From positions 896,001 through 960,000 of the forward strand of contig CAWFGO010000001.1 of the NCBI GenBank assembly GCA_963815455.1: DNA of 64,000 nt, written 5' to 3'. This stretch comes from an uncultured Verrucomicrobiae bacterium (lineage in GTDB: Bacteria; Verrucomicrobiota; Verrucomicrobiia; Chthoniobacterales; UBA10450). Under the pieces are notes generated by a model. That model did no database searches. It saw only the letters and a list, made by a program, of their open reading frames with translations, and had not been told where the DNA came from. Each line of letters starts with the position of its first letter. Position 1 is the first letter of the stretch. The position numbers and the translations under genes were made by a program. This document shows, one piece after another, positions 39,948 through 51,254 of this stretch.

Positions 39948-40709
39948 TTATTTCGGCACGATCGCCACGAAATCACGCACCGTCTTCTGTTCCGAGATTG
40001 AAAAGGCGCCGCCTTCCTCGCGAGCGAACCAGAACGCGCTGGAGGAGCCGCCATCGAAATTCAGGGCGCGCTGAATTTTGAAATCGCTCGCCAAACCGGA
40101 GGCGAGAATTCCGGCCAATTCTGCCAGCGAAACCTGGGAACAATATCCCAGCGCTGCCCGATCGCCCGTTCCGATTGCCGCAAACGTTCGCCGAGCCGAG
40201 CGCGAATCATCCAAACCGCGGATGGGCTGGCCGGCATCGACGAGGAATGGTCCGCATTGAATCGCGGCGGTCGCTTGTAGTTTTCGCGAAAACTCGCGGG
40301 TGCGCACGATCTTCACTCCGCGAGGCGAGGCGAGCAGCACGCCGGTGATCAATCTGGCCCGAACCATGGGCACCGCTGTTTTTCCGTTGATAATGCGCAG
40401 GCCGATCGGCGCGAAGTTTGGATTAAAATAGCCCCCGTTCACCCCCGAGAGAGATTTTGTCCGTCTCATCGTTTCCGCGAGATCGTTGGCTCCGTCCGCG
40501 TTATCGATGACCCGCAGCGTGCACGCTTTGGTAGAAAACAGCGCAAGATCGACATCGGCGCTTCGGCCCGTTTCCGCGTTTTCCAACGCGATGTGCCGAT
40601 GGACGATTCCGGCGCGCCCCGGTTCCGATTCCGCGGAGACAGTCGTCCACTCCGCCTGCGCCGTGGCCGCAACAGCGAGAAAAAGAAGCGCGGCTCTAAG
40701 CTTTGCCAC
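39948..40709 (-). CDS. Phosphodiester glycosidase (NAGPA-like) family protein
   Basis: VNGGYF, QCGP.L, RRT and ALNFDGGSS motifs. Confidence 0.85.
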   Translation of the reverse strand: MAKLRAALLFLAVAATAQAEWTTVSAESEPGRAGIVHRHIALENAETGRSADVDLALFSTKACTLRVIDNADGANDLAETMRRTKSLSGVNGGYFNPNFAPIGLRIINGKTAVPMVRARLITGVLLASPRGVKIVRTREFSRKLQATAAIQCGPFLVDAGQPIRGLDDSRSARRTFAAIGTGDRAALGYCSQVSLAELAGILASGLASDFKIQRALNFDGGSSSAFWFAREEGGAFSISEQKTVRDFVAIVPK

Positions 40710-42696
40710 CGTATTTGGTCAGCAACGCTTGAAACCGTGGATCGTTTCGCAGCGGGTCCCACGCCGGACTCAGTTTCAGAGTCGGCACGGTTACTTCACT
40801 TGGGCGGTTTAACAGGCCATCCAAAATTGCGATTGCTTGATCGTTATCGCCGAGAATTGTATGAATCTCGGCCACTTGCGCGGTGATTTGGGGGCCTTGG
40901 AATGCGTCTTTGCTTTCCGGCCGCAGCTGCGTCGCACGTTCTGCCTCGGCCAGGGCGGCGTCCTTTTCGCCAAGCCAGGCATGGACTCTGGCCAATTGAA
41001 TGTGCCACTCGGGCTCGTCGGGTTTCTGTTTCAGTTGCTCCTCACAAATGTTCTTTGCTTTCAAAAATTCTGCCCGCGCCTTGGTCTCCTGGTTTAGCCC
41101 TTTTTGGGCGAGGCCGATGGCAAAGTATTTCAGCGCGATCGATCCTGGGATCGTCGCAAAAAGATCATCGGGACAGTTTTCCGCCAGCTCCAGCACTTCC
41201 TTGTATTTGCGTTGGAGAAGCAGAAAATCCACTTGTCCGCCGGTGATCTTGAGCTTTTCTTCTTTGCTCATCGGAATTGATTTCGCCTTTTCCAGCGCCT
41301 TTTCCGCGACGCTAAGATCTCCTTTCTCGCTGATGGCGAGTTTGGCCTTGATTTCCCAAAGGCCCAGGCTCTGGGGCTTCAACTTGAGGGCGCGATCGAC
41401 CGTTTTATTTGCTGCATCGAAATTTCGATGCATGGCGTAATTGAAAACGAGATTTTGCAAGACCCATGTATCATTTGGGTTCAAAGCCGCGGCCTTTTCC
41501 AGATTGGCAGTCGATTCCGCCCATTTCCCCTGGCGACGCTGGATGGCGCCGATGGCAAGATAAGCTTCTGCATCGTTAGGCAAGCCACGCTGAGCGGTTT
41601 GAAATTCGCTCAGGGCGGCGTCGTAATTGTTGTCGCCATAATAGTAGAAGAATCCCAGCGCGAGATGCGCTTCAGAGAGATCGGGCTGAAGCTCGAGTGC
41701 GCGCTGGGCCATCGTCCGCGCTTTCTCGCGGCGTTCCGGCGTCCGATCATAACTGTGGATAATCCAGCTTTCCAATTGCGAGCAGCGCGCCAGAGCGAGC
41801 GCGAAATTTGGATCGAGATCGATCGCTCGCGTGTATGCCTTTTCCGCCTGCTTCAGCTTGTCCAAGTCCTCCACAGCGCAGGAGAGATCGTGGCCTTGGA
41901 CAAAGGCGAGATAAGCCTCGTCGTTCTGGGTCGGTTTGAGCTCCATTTGCGCTTTTTCCGCGGGCGAAAGTCTGGCTTGCAACGCAGCGGCGATCTCTTT
42001 CGCGAGATCTGTCTGGATGGCGAACACATCCGTCACATCGCGGTCGTAATCGTTTGCCCACATATGCTCGTCGGTATTAGCGTCGATCAATTGCACGTTG
42101 ACGCGCACCCGGTTTCCAAACCGCCGGACGCTGCCCTCAAGAATGTTTGAAACACCGAGTGCTTTGCCGATGTCGCGAACGTTCGGCGCTTTGCCGCGGT
42201 ACTGCATTACCGAGGTGCGCGAGATCACTTTCAAGTCGCCGATCTTCGACAAATTCGTAAGAACATCGTCCTGGATGCCGTCAGCAAAGTAAGCGTTCTC
42301 CTTATCGTCGCTTAGATTTTCAAACGGCAGAACCGCAATCGACTTGTCGATCTTGTGGGCGGCGGCGCGCGGCAGAATGAAGAGCCCGGCCAGCGCCGAA
42401 ACGAGCACGCCCGCGCTAACGAGCAATATGACATTGCGACGCCGATGCGACGGCCCCGCCGCCGTGGGAGTTGTTTTGATTCCCTCAGGAGTGATATCGA
42501 ACGCCCAAGCCAAAATGAGCGCGATCGGAAAACCAAGCAGCAGTGCCGCAATGACCAGACGCAGCGACCAGTTCGGCAACTCCCACGCCGGAAACGCGGC
42601 CGAAGCGAGTTGAATAATGCCGCCCGCTGCGATGATATAAGCCACCGCAACCCGGTAGACTTTTCGCCGCTTCATTTCTTGGAGGAAACCGCTCAT
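40696..42696 (-). CDS. Membrane-anchored TolB-like/TPR protein
   Basis: EMKRRKVYRVA TM domain, KSIAVLPFENLS, TPRs, WDPLRNDPRF. Confidence 0.85.
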   Translation of the reverse strand: MSGFLQEMKRRKVYRVAVAYIIAAGGIIQLASAAFPAWELPNWSLRLVIAALLLGFPIALILAWAFDITPEGIKTTPTAAGPSHRRRNVILLVSAGVLVSALAGLFILPRAAAHKIDKSIAVLPFENLSDDKENAYFADGIQDDVLTNLSKIGDLKVISRTSVMQYRGKAPNVRDIGKALGVSNILEGSVRRFGNRVRVNVQLIDANTDEHMWANDYDRDVTDVFAIQTDLAKEIAAALQARLSPAEKAQMELKPTQNDEAYLAFVQGHDLSCAVEDLDKLKQAEKAYTRAIDLDPNFALALARCSQLESWIIHSYDRTPERREKARTMAQRALELQPDLSEAHLALGFFYYYGDNNYDAALSEFQTAQRGLPNDAEAYLAIGAIQRRQGKWAESTANLEKAAALNPNDTWVLQNLVFNYAMHRNFDAANKTVDRALKLKPQSLGLWEIKAKLAISEKGDLSVAEKALEKAKSIPMSKEEKLKITGGQVDFLLLQRKYKEVLELAENCPDDLFATIPGSIALKYFAIGLAQKGLNQETKARAEFLKAKNICEEQLKQKPDEPEWHIQLARVHAWLGEKDAALAEAERATQLRPESKDAFQGPQITAQVAEIHTILGDNDQAIAILDGLLNRPSEVTVPTLKLSPAWDPLRNDPRFQALLTKYGGKA

Positions 42697-42772
42697 ACAA
42701 AGAGATTTGGACTCGCAGACCGAATTATGCAACGGCAGGAATCAAATTAGACACGGCGGCCGCGGGCCGCGT

Positions 42773-43705
42773 TCACTTTACGCCCGTGGCGAACACTGTC
42801 TGAAAATGCGGGCTGTCTGGTTCTCGGGAAACCACGCTCACCTCGATCTGCCGAAAACCATTTTTCTCCAGGAACTGGTGCAACTGGACCTCGCTAAACC
42901 CCAGCCAGTGATCGGCGTATAGCTCGCGGGCTCGATCGAATCGATGGCTGAGAAGATCGAGAATCACCAGGCGGCCGCCACGTTTCAATATCCTGTGAGC
43001 CGAGGCGATGGCCCGTTCCGGATGAATGGCGTGATGCAACGCCTGACTCAAAATCGCCAGGTCGACACTGTTTTTCGTTATTGGCGGATCTTCGATGTCG
43101 CCCAGCCGATATTCCAGATTTTTGAATTCGTGCTTTTTCGCCAGCTTGGCCCCGAACTCGACCATCTTGGGCGAGTTATCGATGGCAATGACCTTTTTCG
43201 CGTTCTTCGCCAGCAATTGCGAGAGAGTTCCCTCGCCCGCGCCGAGATCGGCCACTGTGAGCGGCGGGAGCAGCGTAATCAGCGTGTGGGCCAGCGCTTT
43301 CCAGGAGCGGCCCGGGACATAACTGCGACCAAATTTCCCCGCCAGCTCGTCGAAGTACTCGCGCGCTTTGTCCTGACGCTTACGCAAAACGAGTTTCAGA
43401 CTCGTCCGATCGCGCGAAGCTTCCGGAATTTCTCGCGCCAGAATCCGCGTCAATTCAGCCACACGCGTGCGCCGCGCATCGTGTCCATTGTTCTTGGCGC
43501 CGTAATAGACGTTCTTGCCGGCCCGCCGATCAGTGACCACGCCGGAGCGCTTCAATTGGGCGAGATGACTGGAGATACGCGATTGGCCCATGCCGAGAAT
43601 TTCCTGCAGCTCGGCCACGGAAAGTTCTTCCTGTTCGAGCAGAAGCAGCAGTCGTAACCGGGTCGGGTCGGCCAGCAAACGCAAGAAATTAATGGTTGAC
43701 GCCAT
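42773..43705 (-). CDS. ArsR-HTH + SAM methyltransferase-fold regulator (SahR-like)
   Basis: LADPTRLRLL, SQ..ISSHL-like HTH and DLGAGEG motifs; divergent from metK-ahcY. Confidence 0.88.
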   Translation of the reverse strand: MASTINFLRLLADPTRLRLLLLLEQEELSVAELQEILGMGQSRISSHLAQLKRSGVVTDRRAGKNVYYGAKNNGHDARRTRVAELTRILAREIPEASRDRTSLKLVLRKRQDKAREYFDELAGKFGRSYVPGRSWKALAHTLITLLPPLTVADLGAGEGTLSQLLAKNAKKVIAIDNSPKMVEFGAKLAKKHEFKNLEYRLGDIEDPPITKNSVDLAILSQALHHAIHPERAIASAHRILKRGGRLVILDLLSHRFDRARELYADHWLGFSEVQLHQFLEKNGFRQIEVSVVSREPDSPHFQTVFATGVK

Positions 43706-43810
43706 GAAGGGACTAAACCATATATCGACGTATCATGATTGGTCAATATGTTGGCTAAGATTTGATTTCGGTTCCGTTTCACTCGTCACAAATCACCATC
43801 ACTTTCCTTT

Positions 43811-45013
43811 ATGTCCCGTCGTTATATTTTTTCCTCCGAGTCGGTTGGCGAAGGCCATCCCGACAAAGTTTGCGATACGATTTCCGATGCGGTGCTCGAT
43901 GCCTGCCTCGCGCAAGATCGACATAGCCGGGTCGCGTGCGAGACCTACGCCAAGTGCAACATCGTCATCGTGGGCGGTGAAATTACGATCCCGAGCCTGG
44001 CCGAGGACGCGCCGCTCGAAAGCGTTGTGCCGATTTCGGAGATCGTGCGCAACACCGTTCGCGAGATCGGCTATGTGAACGACGACGATGTGTTTCACGC
44101 CGATCGGATCGGCATCCAGAACATTCTCACCAAACAATCGCCTGATATCGCACAGGGCGTGGACGCGCGCGCAGCCGATGGAAAAGACACGGCCGAGCAA
44201 GGCGCAGGCGATCAAGGGCTGATGTTCGGATTCGCCTGCAATGAAACGCCGGAGCTAATGCCCGCGCCGATCATGTTTGCCCACCGACTCGGACGCGAGC
44301 TCACCCGCATTCGCAAGAGCGGAAAAGTCGGCTGGCTGCGGCCGGATGCGAAATCGCAGGTCTCAGTCATCTACGAGAACGACAAGGCAGTCGGCATCTC
44401 CTGCGTCGTGGTTTCCACCCAGCACTCCCGCGACGTGAAACATTCTGAGATTCGCAGCTTCGTCATCGAAGAGGTGATCAAAAAAGTTCTGCCGGCGGAG
44501 ATGTTGAGCGAGAGCACACAATTTCTCATCAATCCCACCGGCAATTTTGTCGTCGGCGGGCCACAGGGCGATACCGGCCTAACGGGTCGCAAGATTATCG
44601 TGGACAGTTACGGTGGCATGGGCCGCCACGGTGGCGGCGCGTTTTCGGGAAAAGATCCGAGCAAGGTAGATCGCAGCGCAGCCTACATGGCGCGCTGGGT
44701 GGCGAAAAATGTCGTGGCCGCGGGTCTGGCGTCGAAATGCGAAATCCAATTCGCCTACGCCATCGGCCATCCCAAACCGCTTAGCGTTCACATCAACACA
44801 TTTGGCACCCACACGGTCGATGAAGAAGCGATCGAGCGCGCTGTGCTCGCGACCTTCAGTTTCACCCCCGCCGACATCATCAAGCAGCTCGATTTGCTCC
44901 GCCCGATCTATTCAAAGACGACCAACTACGGACACTTCGGGAAGATCGATGATCCGGATATTACCTGGGAGAAAACCGACAAAGCCGCCGAACTGAAGAA
45001 AGCGGCAAAATAA
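43811..45013 (+). CDS. metK: Methionine adenosyltransferase
   Basis: [17 protein letters not shown] and GGGAFSGKD motifs. Confidence 0.98.
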   Translation: MSRRYIFSSESVGEGHPDKVCDTISDAVLDACLAQDRHSRVACETYAKCNIVIVGGEITIPSLAEDAPLESVVPISEIVRNTVREIGYVNDDDVFHADRIGIQNILTKQSPDIAQGVDARAADGKDTAEQGAGDQGLMFGFACNETPELMPAPIMFAHRLGRELTRIRKSGKVGWLRPDAKSQVSVIYENDKAVGISCVVVSTQHSRDVKHSEIRSFVIEEVIKKVLPAEMLSESTQFLINPTGNFVVGGPQGDTGLTGRKIIVDSYGGMGRHGGGAFSGKDPSKVDRSAAYMARWVAKNVVAAGLASKCEIQFAYAIGHPKPLSVHINTFGTHTVDEEAIERAVLATFSFTPADIIKQLDLLRPIYSKTTNYGHFGKIDDPDITWEKTDKAAELKKAAK

Positions 45014-45017
45014 ATTT

Positions 45018-46451
45018 ATGAGCATGACAACTACCGAACCCAAAACGAAACAGGATTATAAGGTCGCCGATATTTCTTTGGCGGACTTCGGTCGCAAAGA
45101 AATTTCCATCGCGGAGAAGGAAATGCCGGGATTGATGGCGATCCGCGAGAAATATGCGCCGCAGAAGCCGCTGGCGGGCGTGCGGATCACCGGATCGCTG
45201 CACATGACGATCCAAACCGCGGTGTTGATCGAGACGCTTGTCGATCTTGGCGCGAGCGTGCGCTGGGCTTCGTGCAATATTTTCTCGACCCAGGATCATG
45301 CCGCAGCGGCGATTGCCAAGACGGGCGTTTCCGTTTTCGCGTGGAAGGGTGAATCGCTCGAAGAATACTGGTGGTGCACTTACCAGGCGCTTTCGCATCC
45401 GGACGGCAAAGGTCCGCAGCTGATTGTCGATGATGGCGGCGACGCCACGCTGCTGATTCACAAGGGCTACGAGCTTGAAGAGGGCAGCGATTGGGCCAAG
45501 TCTAAATCGGCCAACAAAGAAGAGCAGGTCATCAAGGATCTGCTGCTCGATATTCAGCGGGAGAACCCGTATCGGTGGCATGAGATCGTGAAGGATTGGC
45601 AGGGCGTTTCCGAGGAAACGACTACGGGCGTGCATCGTCTTTACAAGATGCATCAGGAAAACAAACTGCTCGTTCCCGCGATCAACGTGAACGATTCCGT
45701 TACCAAATCGAAGTTCGACAATCTTTACGGCTGCCGGCATTCGCTGGTCGATGGATTGAATCGCGCGCTCGACGTCATGATCGCCGGCAAAGTTGCGGTC
45801 GTGTGCGGTTACGGCGACGTCGGCAAAGGCTGCGCTCAATCATTGCGCGGCCAGGGCGCACGGGTCGTGATCACCGAGATCGATCCGATCAACGCGCTGC
45901 AAGCCGCCATGGAAGGCTACGAAGTCACGCCCATCGAAAACACACTAGGCCGCGGCGACATTTACATCAGCGCGACAGGCAACACCGACGTCATTACGCT
46001 GGCGCACATGGACAAAATGAAAGATCAGGCTGTCGTTGGCAACATCGGCCACTTCGATAACGAGATCCAGGTCGACGCGCTTAACAACGCCAATGGCGTT
46101 AAGCGAACGAATATCAAGGCGCAGGTCGACAAATACACATTTCCAGACGGCCACGAAATTTTCCTGCTGTCGGAAGGTCGGCTGTTAAATCTCGGCAACG
46201 CCACCGGTCACCCGAGCTTCGTGATGTCCAACTCATTTTCCAATCAAGTGCTGGCCCAGCTCGACCTCTGGAAAAACCGGGACGCCTACAAAGTAGGCGT
46301 CTACGTTTTGTCCAAAGCGCTCGACGAAGAAGTCGCCCGCCTTCACTTGGAAAAGATCGGGGTTAAACTTACCAAGCTCACGAAACTGCAAGCCGATTAT
46401 CTCGGCGTGCCGGTCGAAGGGCCGTATAAGTCCGAGCATTACCGCTATTAA
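45018..46451 (+). CDS. ahcY: Adenosylhomocysteinase
   Basis: [23 protein letters not shown] and GYGDVGKG motifs. Confidence 0.98.
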   Translation: MSMTTTEPKTKQDYKVADISLADFGRKEISIAEKEMPGLMAIREKYAPQKPLAGVRITGSLHMTIQTAVLIETLVDLGASVRWASCNIFSTQDHAAAAIAKTGVSVFAWKGESLEEYWWCTYQALSHPDGKGPQLIVDDGGDATLLIHKGYELEEGSDWAKSKSANKEEQVIKDLLLDIQRENPYRWHEIVKDWQGVSEETTTGVHRLYKMHQENKLLVPAINVNDSVTKSKFDNLYGCRHSLVDGLNRALDVMIAGKVAVVCGYGDVGKGCAQSLRGQGARVVITEIDPINALQAAMEGYEVTPIENTLGRGDIYISATGNTDVITLAHMDKMKDQAVVGNIGHFDNEIQVDALNNANGVKRTNIKAQVDKYTFPDGHEIFLLSEGRLLNLGNATGHPSFVMSNSFSNQVLAQLDLWKNRDAYKVGVYVLSKALDEEVARLHLEKIGVKLTKLTKLQADYLGVPVEGPYKSEHYRY

Positions 46452-46467
46452 CGCCAGCGGCGGTCTC

Positions 46468-47214
46468 TCAGAGTTTGCTGAGCTTTGGCTTGTGCAGTTT
46501 CACTGGCACGGCTCGCAGCTTTCTTAGCTTGAGATTAAGCATCTCCACGAACACGGCAAAGCCCATCGAGAAATAGGTGTACCCTTTCGGAATGTGAAAG
46601 CCGACGCCGTCGGCGATCAGATTCACACCGATCAACAAAAGAAAGCTGAGCGCCAGCATTTTGATCGTGGGATGGCGCTCAACAAATCTGCTGATTGGTC
46701 CGGCGAAGAACATCATCGCCACCACGGCCAGGACCACGGCGGCGATCATGATTTCGAGCTGGTCGACCATCCCGACCGCAGTGATGACGGAATCGAGCGA
46801 GAAGACGATATCGAGCAGGCCGATCTGCACCAGCACCGATGTCAGGGATGGGACCACGCGAACTCGACGCTCCTCATCTTCTCCCTCAAGGTTGTTGTGA
46901 ATTTCGTGCGTGCTTTTCGCCAGCAGAAACAGACCGCCAGAAATCAAGATCAGCGCGCGGCCAGTCACTTCGAATCCGCCGACCACGAGCAACGGCCGGG
47001 TCAAATCCATGATCCAAGTCAGCGAAAGAAGAAGCAGCACCCGCATCACCATCGCCAGAGCAAGACCGGCGCGACGGGCGCTGGCCTGCCGGTGGGCCGG
47101 CAATCGGCCGGAAAGGATCGAAATAAAGATGATGTTGTCGATCCCGAGGACGATCTCGAGCACGGTCAGGGTGAGCAGACCGATCCAAATATGCGGGTCA
47201 AATAGCCATTCCAT
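46468..47214 (-). CDS. TerC family membrane protein
   Basis: LEIVLGIDN and DIVFSLDSVITAVG motifs. Confidence 0.92.
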   Translation of the reverse strand: MEWLFDPHIWIGLLTLTVLEIVLGIDNIIFISILSGRLPAHRQASARRAGLALAMVMRVLLLLSLTWIMDLTRPLLVVGGFEVTGRALILISGGLFLLAKSTHEIHNNLEGEDEERRVRVVPSLTSVLVQIGLLDIVFSLDSVITAVGMVDQLEIMIAAVVLAVVAMMFFAGPISRFVERHPTIKMLALSFLLLIGVNLIADGVGFHIPKGYTYFSMGFAVFVEMLNLKLRKLRAVPVKLHKPKLSKL

Positions 47215-47330
47215 ATTTTATCCTCTCCAGGTTGAACAAATGCGGAGTGCAAGGCTAGCCGAGGCCGGGCAATTCGCACGCGCGAGACGGATAGAATCTC
47301 AGTTCAAAGCCGGGCGGAAAAATGACCTGG

Positions 47331-47702
47331 TCAGAACACTACCGCTATTGAAAGCGGCTCCACCCTGGTCACGCTGACGTAATCGCAATCGCCGTCGGGG
47401 TCGCGCTTCCAATTACCCCAGATCCGGATGCGTCGCTTGCGACCGGCGGCGTCGGTCAGCAGTCTGCTTTCGCGCATCGGCGCGCCGAGCCAGATCGTTG
47501 AAATTTTTCCCGTGCTGTGAAAATCGAACATGATTGGCGAAGCACAGGGCTGACCCTGGTGCAGCGTAACTTTCCCGACGCTGGCAAAACGCGCACCAGC
47601 TTCCGGCGCTTTCGACGGCGCGACGATTCGCGACGGTTGCGCGCAACTGGCGAGCGTTATGGCAACGAACGCAATCGCACAGAAGCGAAAACTTGATTTC
47701 AT
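47331..47702 (-). CDS. Hypothetical lipoprotein
   Basis: LASC lipobox. Confidence 0.6.
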   Translation of the reverse strand: MKSSFRFCAIAFVAITLASCAQPSRIVAPSKAPEAGARFASVGKVTLHQGQPCASPIMFDFHSTGKISTIWLGAPMRESRLLTDAAGRKRRIRIWGNWKRDPDGDCDYVSVTRVEPLSIAVVF

Positions 47703-47746
47703 TTCTCGGCTTGAATCTTCTCGGTCGGTCGAGACGCGTTCGGCAA

Positions 47747-48409
47747 TCAGCTCAGCGTCAGCGTAACCGCGTCGCTCATCTGACCGATCTCGTGACCCTC
47801 CTTAATGGCGCGGGCGGTGTAAGTGAGCTCGCCCGGTTTTCCAGGCGCAATGTCGATGGCCGGTGTGCGCATAAAGAAACCGATTTTTTGCGGCTCGCGG
47901 TCGCCTTTGCGCTGACGATACAGGTTGATGCCCGAGACTTTGCCGCCGGCTTTACGAAATGGAATCGTCACGGTGGGGCCGGTTTGACGCGGCCGGCCCA
48001 GTTCCGCCTTGTAACTTTTTTCATCGAGCGCCGTTACGCCAATGTGAAGTTGTTGGCGGACGGCCTCATTGTAATTCGCGTGGCGTTTGATCCGTTCCAC
48101 CCGGGCCTGCCGGCGAGTATCGATGCCGGGCCGCACCGCTGGCGGCGCGTCGGGTCCGCCCGGAAGATCGACATACTTGCTGGACGTCTGGCCTTCGAGA
48201 ACGGCGAATGCCGGATGGTCGGCTTGGGTTTCCATTTCGGGACCAAGCGTGGTCAGCAGATAAGCGGCGTACTTGGAATCATTCACCGCGCTATCGATTT
48301 CCGGCGGCGTGAAATCGAGCTTTTCTCCGACTTTGGGAAATTCAGCCGCAAAATTGTTGTGCCAATCAATTTGGCCGGCACGATTTGTTGGGAGGTAAGA
48401 CTTGCTCAT
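47747..48409 (-). CDS. Hypothetical protein
   Basis: Start at MSKSYLP; plausible globular sequence. Confidence 0.65.
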   Translation of the reverse strand: MSKSYLPTNRAGQIDWHNNFAAEFPKVGEKLDFTPPEIDSAVNDSKYAAYLLTTLGPEMETQADHPAFAVLEGQTSSKYVDLPGGPDAPPAVRPGIDTRRQARVERIKRHANYNEAVRQQLHIGVTALDEKSYKAELGRPRQTGPTVTIPFRKAGGKVSGINLYRQRKGDREPQKIGFFMRTPAIDIAPGKPGELTYTARAIKEGHEIGQMSDAVTLTLS

Positions 48410-48517
48410 GCGTGAAAGCGGGTCGGGATAATGCCAACCCAATACTGACGGGTCAAGCTGATCCGCATAAACTTTTGGCACGCTCCAAGCTTTGAAATTC
48501 TTTATATCTCCTTGCCC

Positions 48518-48874
48518 ATGAAGCTTTTTCGAAGAACCGAAAAGCCGCAGCAGCCCGCTGACAACCCTCCTGTACCGACCCCGGCGACCTCGCACCGGGC
48601 CCCGCCTCATCGCCCGGCTCCCAAAGCAATCTCGCTGAGTGCCGAGCAGAAAAGCATCCTGGCAAAACCGGTCGATCCGCGGGTGAACCGAATCCTGCAA
48701 AACATCTATGCAGACAAAGCCGCGGCAGAACGGGCTCTCAACGCCCAACGCGTTATTGACTTTCCCCGCGGAACCACAGGCAAGCCGCATGTCGTTCAGG
48801 AAAGCGACGGATTTTGGCGCATCGTGCCTGGCTCCGCGCCGGTTGAGCCTGTTAGTATGATGGATGCGCTGTAA
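48518..48874 (+). CDS. Hypothetical protein
   Basis: ORF filling the gap between genes; Pro-rich N-terminus. Confidence 0.5.
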   Translation: MKLFRRTEKPQQPADNPPVPTPATSHRAPPHRPAPKAISLSAEQKSILAKPVDPRVNRILQNIYADKAAAERALNAQRVIDFPRGTTGKPHVVQESDGFWRIVPGSAPVEPVSMMDAL

Positions 48875-48917
48875 GCGATTCCGATCATTCCCAGCACAGC
48901 GAAGATCTCGACTTCGT

Positions 48918-49424
48918 TCAGGAACGAGCGATTTTCCGGACAAGATAGGCCGAAAAATAGCCGGCGAAACGTTTTTGCAATTCCGGGCGCTGCCAATCCT
49001 TGCCCTTCAGAATTTTGCGGCAATTCGGGGCGCCACATTTGCATTCTATCGAATAATCGTCGTCATCGGTCATGGCCCAATCGTGAGTGAGCTCTTCCCC
49101 CGGCTTAATGTCGCGCATGGCCACAAACGTGATCTCACCGCGCAGGCCGAGGTTTGGATCGCACGAATGATTTGTGTACAACATGGACAACTCGCGCTCT
49201 TCCTCCGCGACGGGCGCGATAAACAAATTGTCGTCGATTTGAATTTCGACTGGCCCCAGCCGCGGCGTGATCTCGCGCCGCAAGGTCTCGCCGTCGACGA
49301 TATGTCCGCCTTTCACCGCCACGATTTCGCCCTTGTCGATCGTGGCTACGGCAAATAATCCGCGCCCGTGGATTTTGCTCTCGCGCACTTCCGTTTTGGG
49401 CGAGCGATAGGAAAAGGGCATCAT
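48918..49424 (-). CDS. SET-domain protein-lysine methyltransferase
   Basis: IHGRGLFA, NHSCDPN, GEELT and post-SET CKCGAPNCR motifs. Confidence 0.9.
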   Translation of the reverse strand: MMPFSYRSPKTEVRESKIHGRGLFAVATIDKGEIVAVKGGHIVDGETLRREITPRLGPVEIQIDDNLFIAPVAEEERELSMLYTNHSCDPNLGLRGEITFVAMRDIKPGEELTHDWAMTDDDDYSIECKCGAPNCRKILKGKDWQRPELQKRFAGYFSAYLVRKIARS

Positions 49425-49515
49425 GGAAAGAAGGCACGAGTGACAAGTAACCAGTGCCGGGTAAAGATAGCAGCGATCTCACGCTAATCATTGGTCACTC
49501 GTCACTAATTTTCCG

Positions 49516-50817
49516 ATGAAACATCGCCAGGCGGCTCTCATTTTTATTCTCGTCACGGTCACGCTCGACATCCTGGCGATGGGCTTGATCATTCCCGTGC
49601 TGCCGAAACTCATTCTCGATTTTCTCGGCGGCCAGATGACGGACGCGGCGAAATGGAGCGCCCGGTTCGCCGTCGTTTTCGCTCTGATGCAATTTTTCTG
49701 TTCGCCGCTGCTCGGCGTGTTGTCAGATCGCTTTGGCCGACGTCCAATCATTCTGCTCTCCAACCTCGGTCTCGGACTGGATTACATCGTGATGGCATTG
49801 GCGCCGACTCTTAGCTGGCTTTTTCTCGGGCGAATCATTTCCGGTATCACCACTTCCAGCATTCCCACCGCGATGGCCTACATCTCCGATGTCACACCAA
49901 GAGAGAAACGCGCCGGAGCTTTTGGCATGATTGGAGTTGCTTTCGGAATCGGATTTACTTTTGGCCCGGGCATTGGCGGCTTGTTGGGCAACGTCAATCC
50001 ACGCCTCGCTTTCTGGGTCGCGGCCGGACTTAGCCTGGCCAACTGGCTTTGGGGTTATTTTTTCGTTCCGGAATCGCTCGCCCTCGAGCAACGCAAGACG
50101 TTCGAGTTGCGCCGGGCCAACCCGGTCGGCTCGCTCAAGCTGCTCCGCTCGCATCCCGAACTTTGGCGGCTGACCACGATTCAGTTCCTCGCCTATATCT
50201 CACACAACGTCTTCAGTGTTTGGGCGCTCTACGCCATTTATCGTTACGACTGGAGCCAGGGAATGATCGGGATCTCGCTCATGATCGTCGGAATTGTCAC
50301 GGCCATCATTTCCGGGGGATTAACGGGGCGAATGGTCAAACGGTTCGGCGAAAAACGAACGCTCTACATCGGGCAGTTTTTCGGCTCTTCCGGCATGTTC
50401 GTTGCCGGGCTCGCCAGGACCGGTTCCTGGCTACTGGCGTCCATCCCGATCATTTCTCTTTGGAACATCTCAATGCCGGCCGCCCAAAGCATGATGACGC
50501 ATCGGGTAAGCGCGCGCGAGCAGGGCGAGTTGCAAGGCGCGCTCCAAAGCATGCGCTCCATCACGTTCATTGTCGGTCCGTTCTTGTTCCTGCGAATTTT
50601 TGGCTGGTTTATCGATCCAAAACGCTCGATCCACTTGCCGGGCGCGCCCTATTTCCTCGCCGGCGCGCTTCTATTCATTGCGATGTTAATGGCTACGCGG
50701 GTCGAGCAACCGCAGATCGTACCAGCATCGACCAGCGAGATTCCCGATGTCGTGCCGCCGGAAAGCGTTCCTTCGGGACCGATTGCGCCCATCATCGATC
50801 AAGAAGAAAAAATTTGA
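49516..50817 (+). CDS. TCR/Tet family MFS transporter
   Basis: IIPVLP, SDRFGRRP, GP.IGG and QGELQG motifs. Confidence 0.9.
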   Translation: MKHRQAALIFILVTVTLDILAMGLIIPVLPKLILDFLGGQMTDAAKWSARFAVVFALMQFFCSPLLGVLSDRFGRRPIILLSNLGLGLDYIVMALAPTLSWLFLGRIISGITTSSIPTAMAYISDVTPREKRAGAFGMIGVAFGIGFTFGPGIGGLLGNVNPRLAFWVAAGLSLANWLWGYFFVPESLALEQRKTFELRRANPVGSLKLLRSHPELWRLTTIQFLAYISHNVFSVWALYAIYRYDWSQGMIGISLMIVGIVTAIISGGLTGRMVKRFGEKRTLYIGQFFGSSGMFVAGLARTGSWLLASIPIISLWNISMPAAQSMMTHRVSAREQGELQGALQSMRSITFIVGPFLFLRIFGWFIDPKRSIHLPGAPYFLAGALLFIAMLMATRVEQPQIVPASTSEIPDVVPPESVPSGPIAPIIDQEEKI

Positions 50818-50849
50818 GACTTGGCCGCGGCTCGACGATTGAAGTCGGC

Positions 50850-51254
50850 GTGAGAGCTTCTGTGCGCGGCGTGATTGTCTCGCTTGCGATCTTCTCCTGG
50901 ATCGCAATTTCCAATCATTGCGCCTTGAGCGCGATTGCAGCCGCAACTGGCCCGGCACAAGGCGAATGTCCGTTTCATTCCAAACCGGCCAAGCCCAAGA
51001 GCAATTCCGCAAGTGTGCAGTGTTGCAAAGTCTTGCGCGCGACGGTCGCACCTGGCGACAAAAATTGGGCACGCGACGACGCCCATTTCTCCGATGTCGA
51101 TCTTGCGACAGACAGGTTTTTCGCCTTACCGGACTCGCGTTTCGCGGCGCCGCTATCGCTCGATACCGGACCACCCGGTGCGCCCTCGTTCGCTGAATTG
51201 ATTTTGCAGCGGAGCCTTCTCGTTCACGCTCCGCCGGTTTCCAGTCTGGTGTAG
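50850..51254 (+). CDS. Small Cys/His metal-binding-like protein
   Basis: SNHC, CPFH and CCK motifs; ends in HAPP; lies upstream of a metal-binding gene; GTG start uncertain. Confidence 0.6.
   Translation: MRASVRGVIVSLAIFSWIAISNHCALSAIAAATGPAQGECPFHSKPAKPKSNSASVQCCKVLRATVAPGDKNWARDDAHFSDVDLATDRFFALPDSRFAAPLSLDTGPPGAPSFAELILQRSLLVHAPPVSSLV

Noticed and set aside
49516..50817. Acquired tetracycline resistance gene
   Set aside because: It is a generic TCR/Tet-family MFS with host-like composition, and no tetR or mobile context is present.
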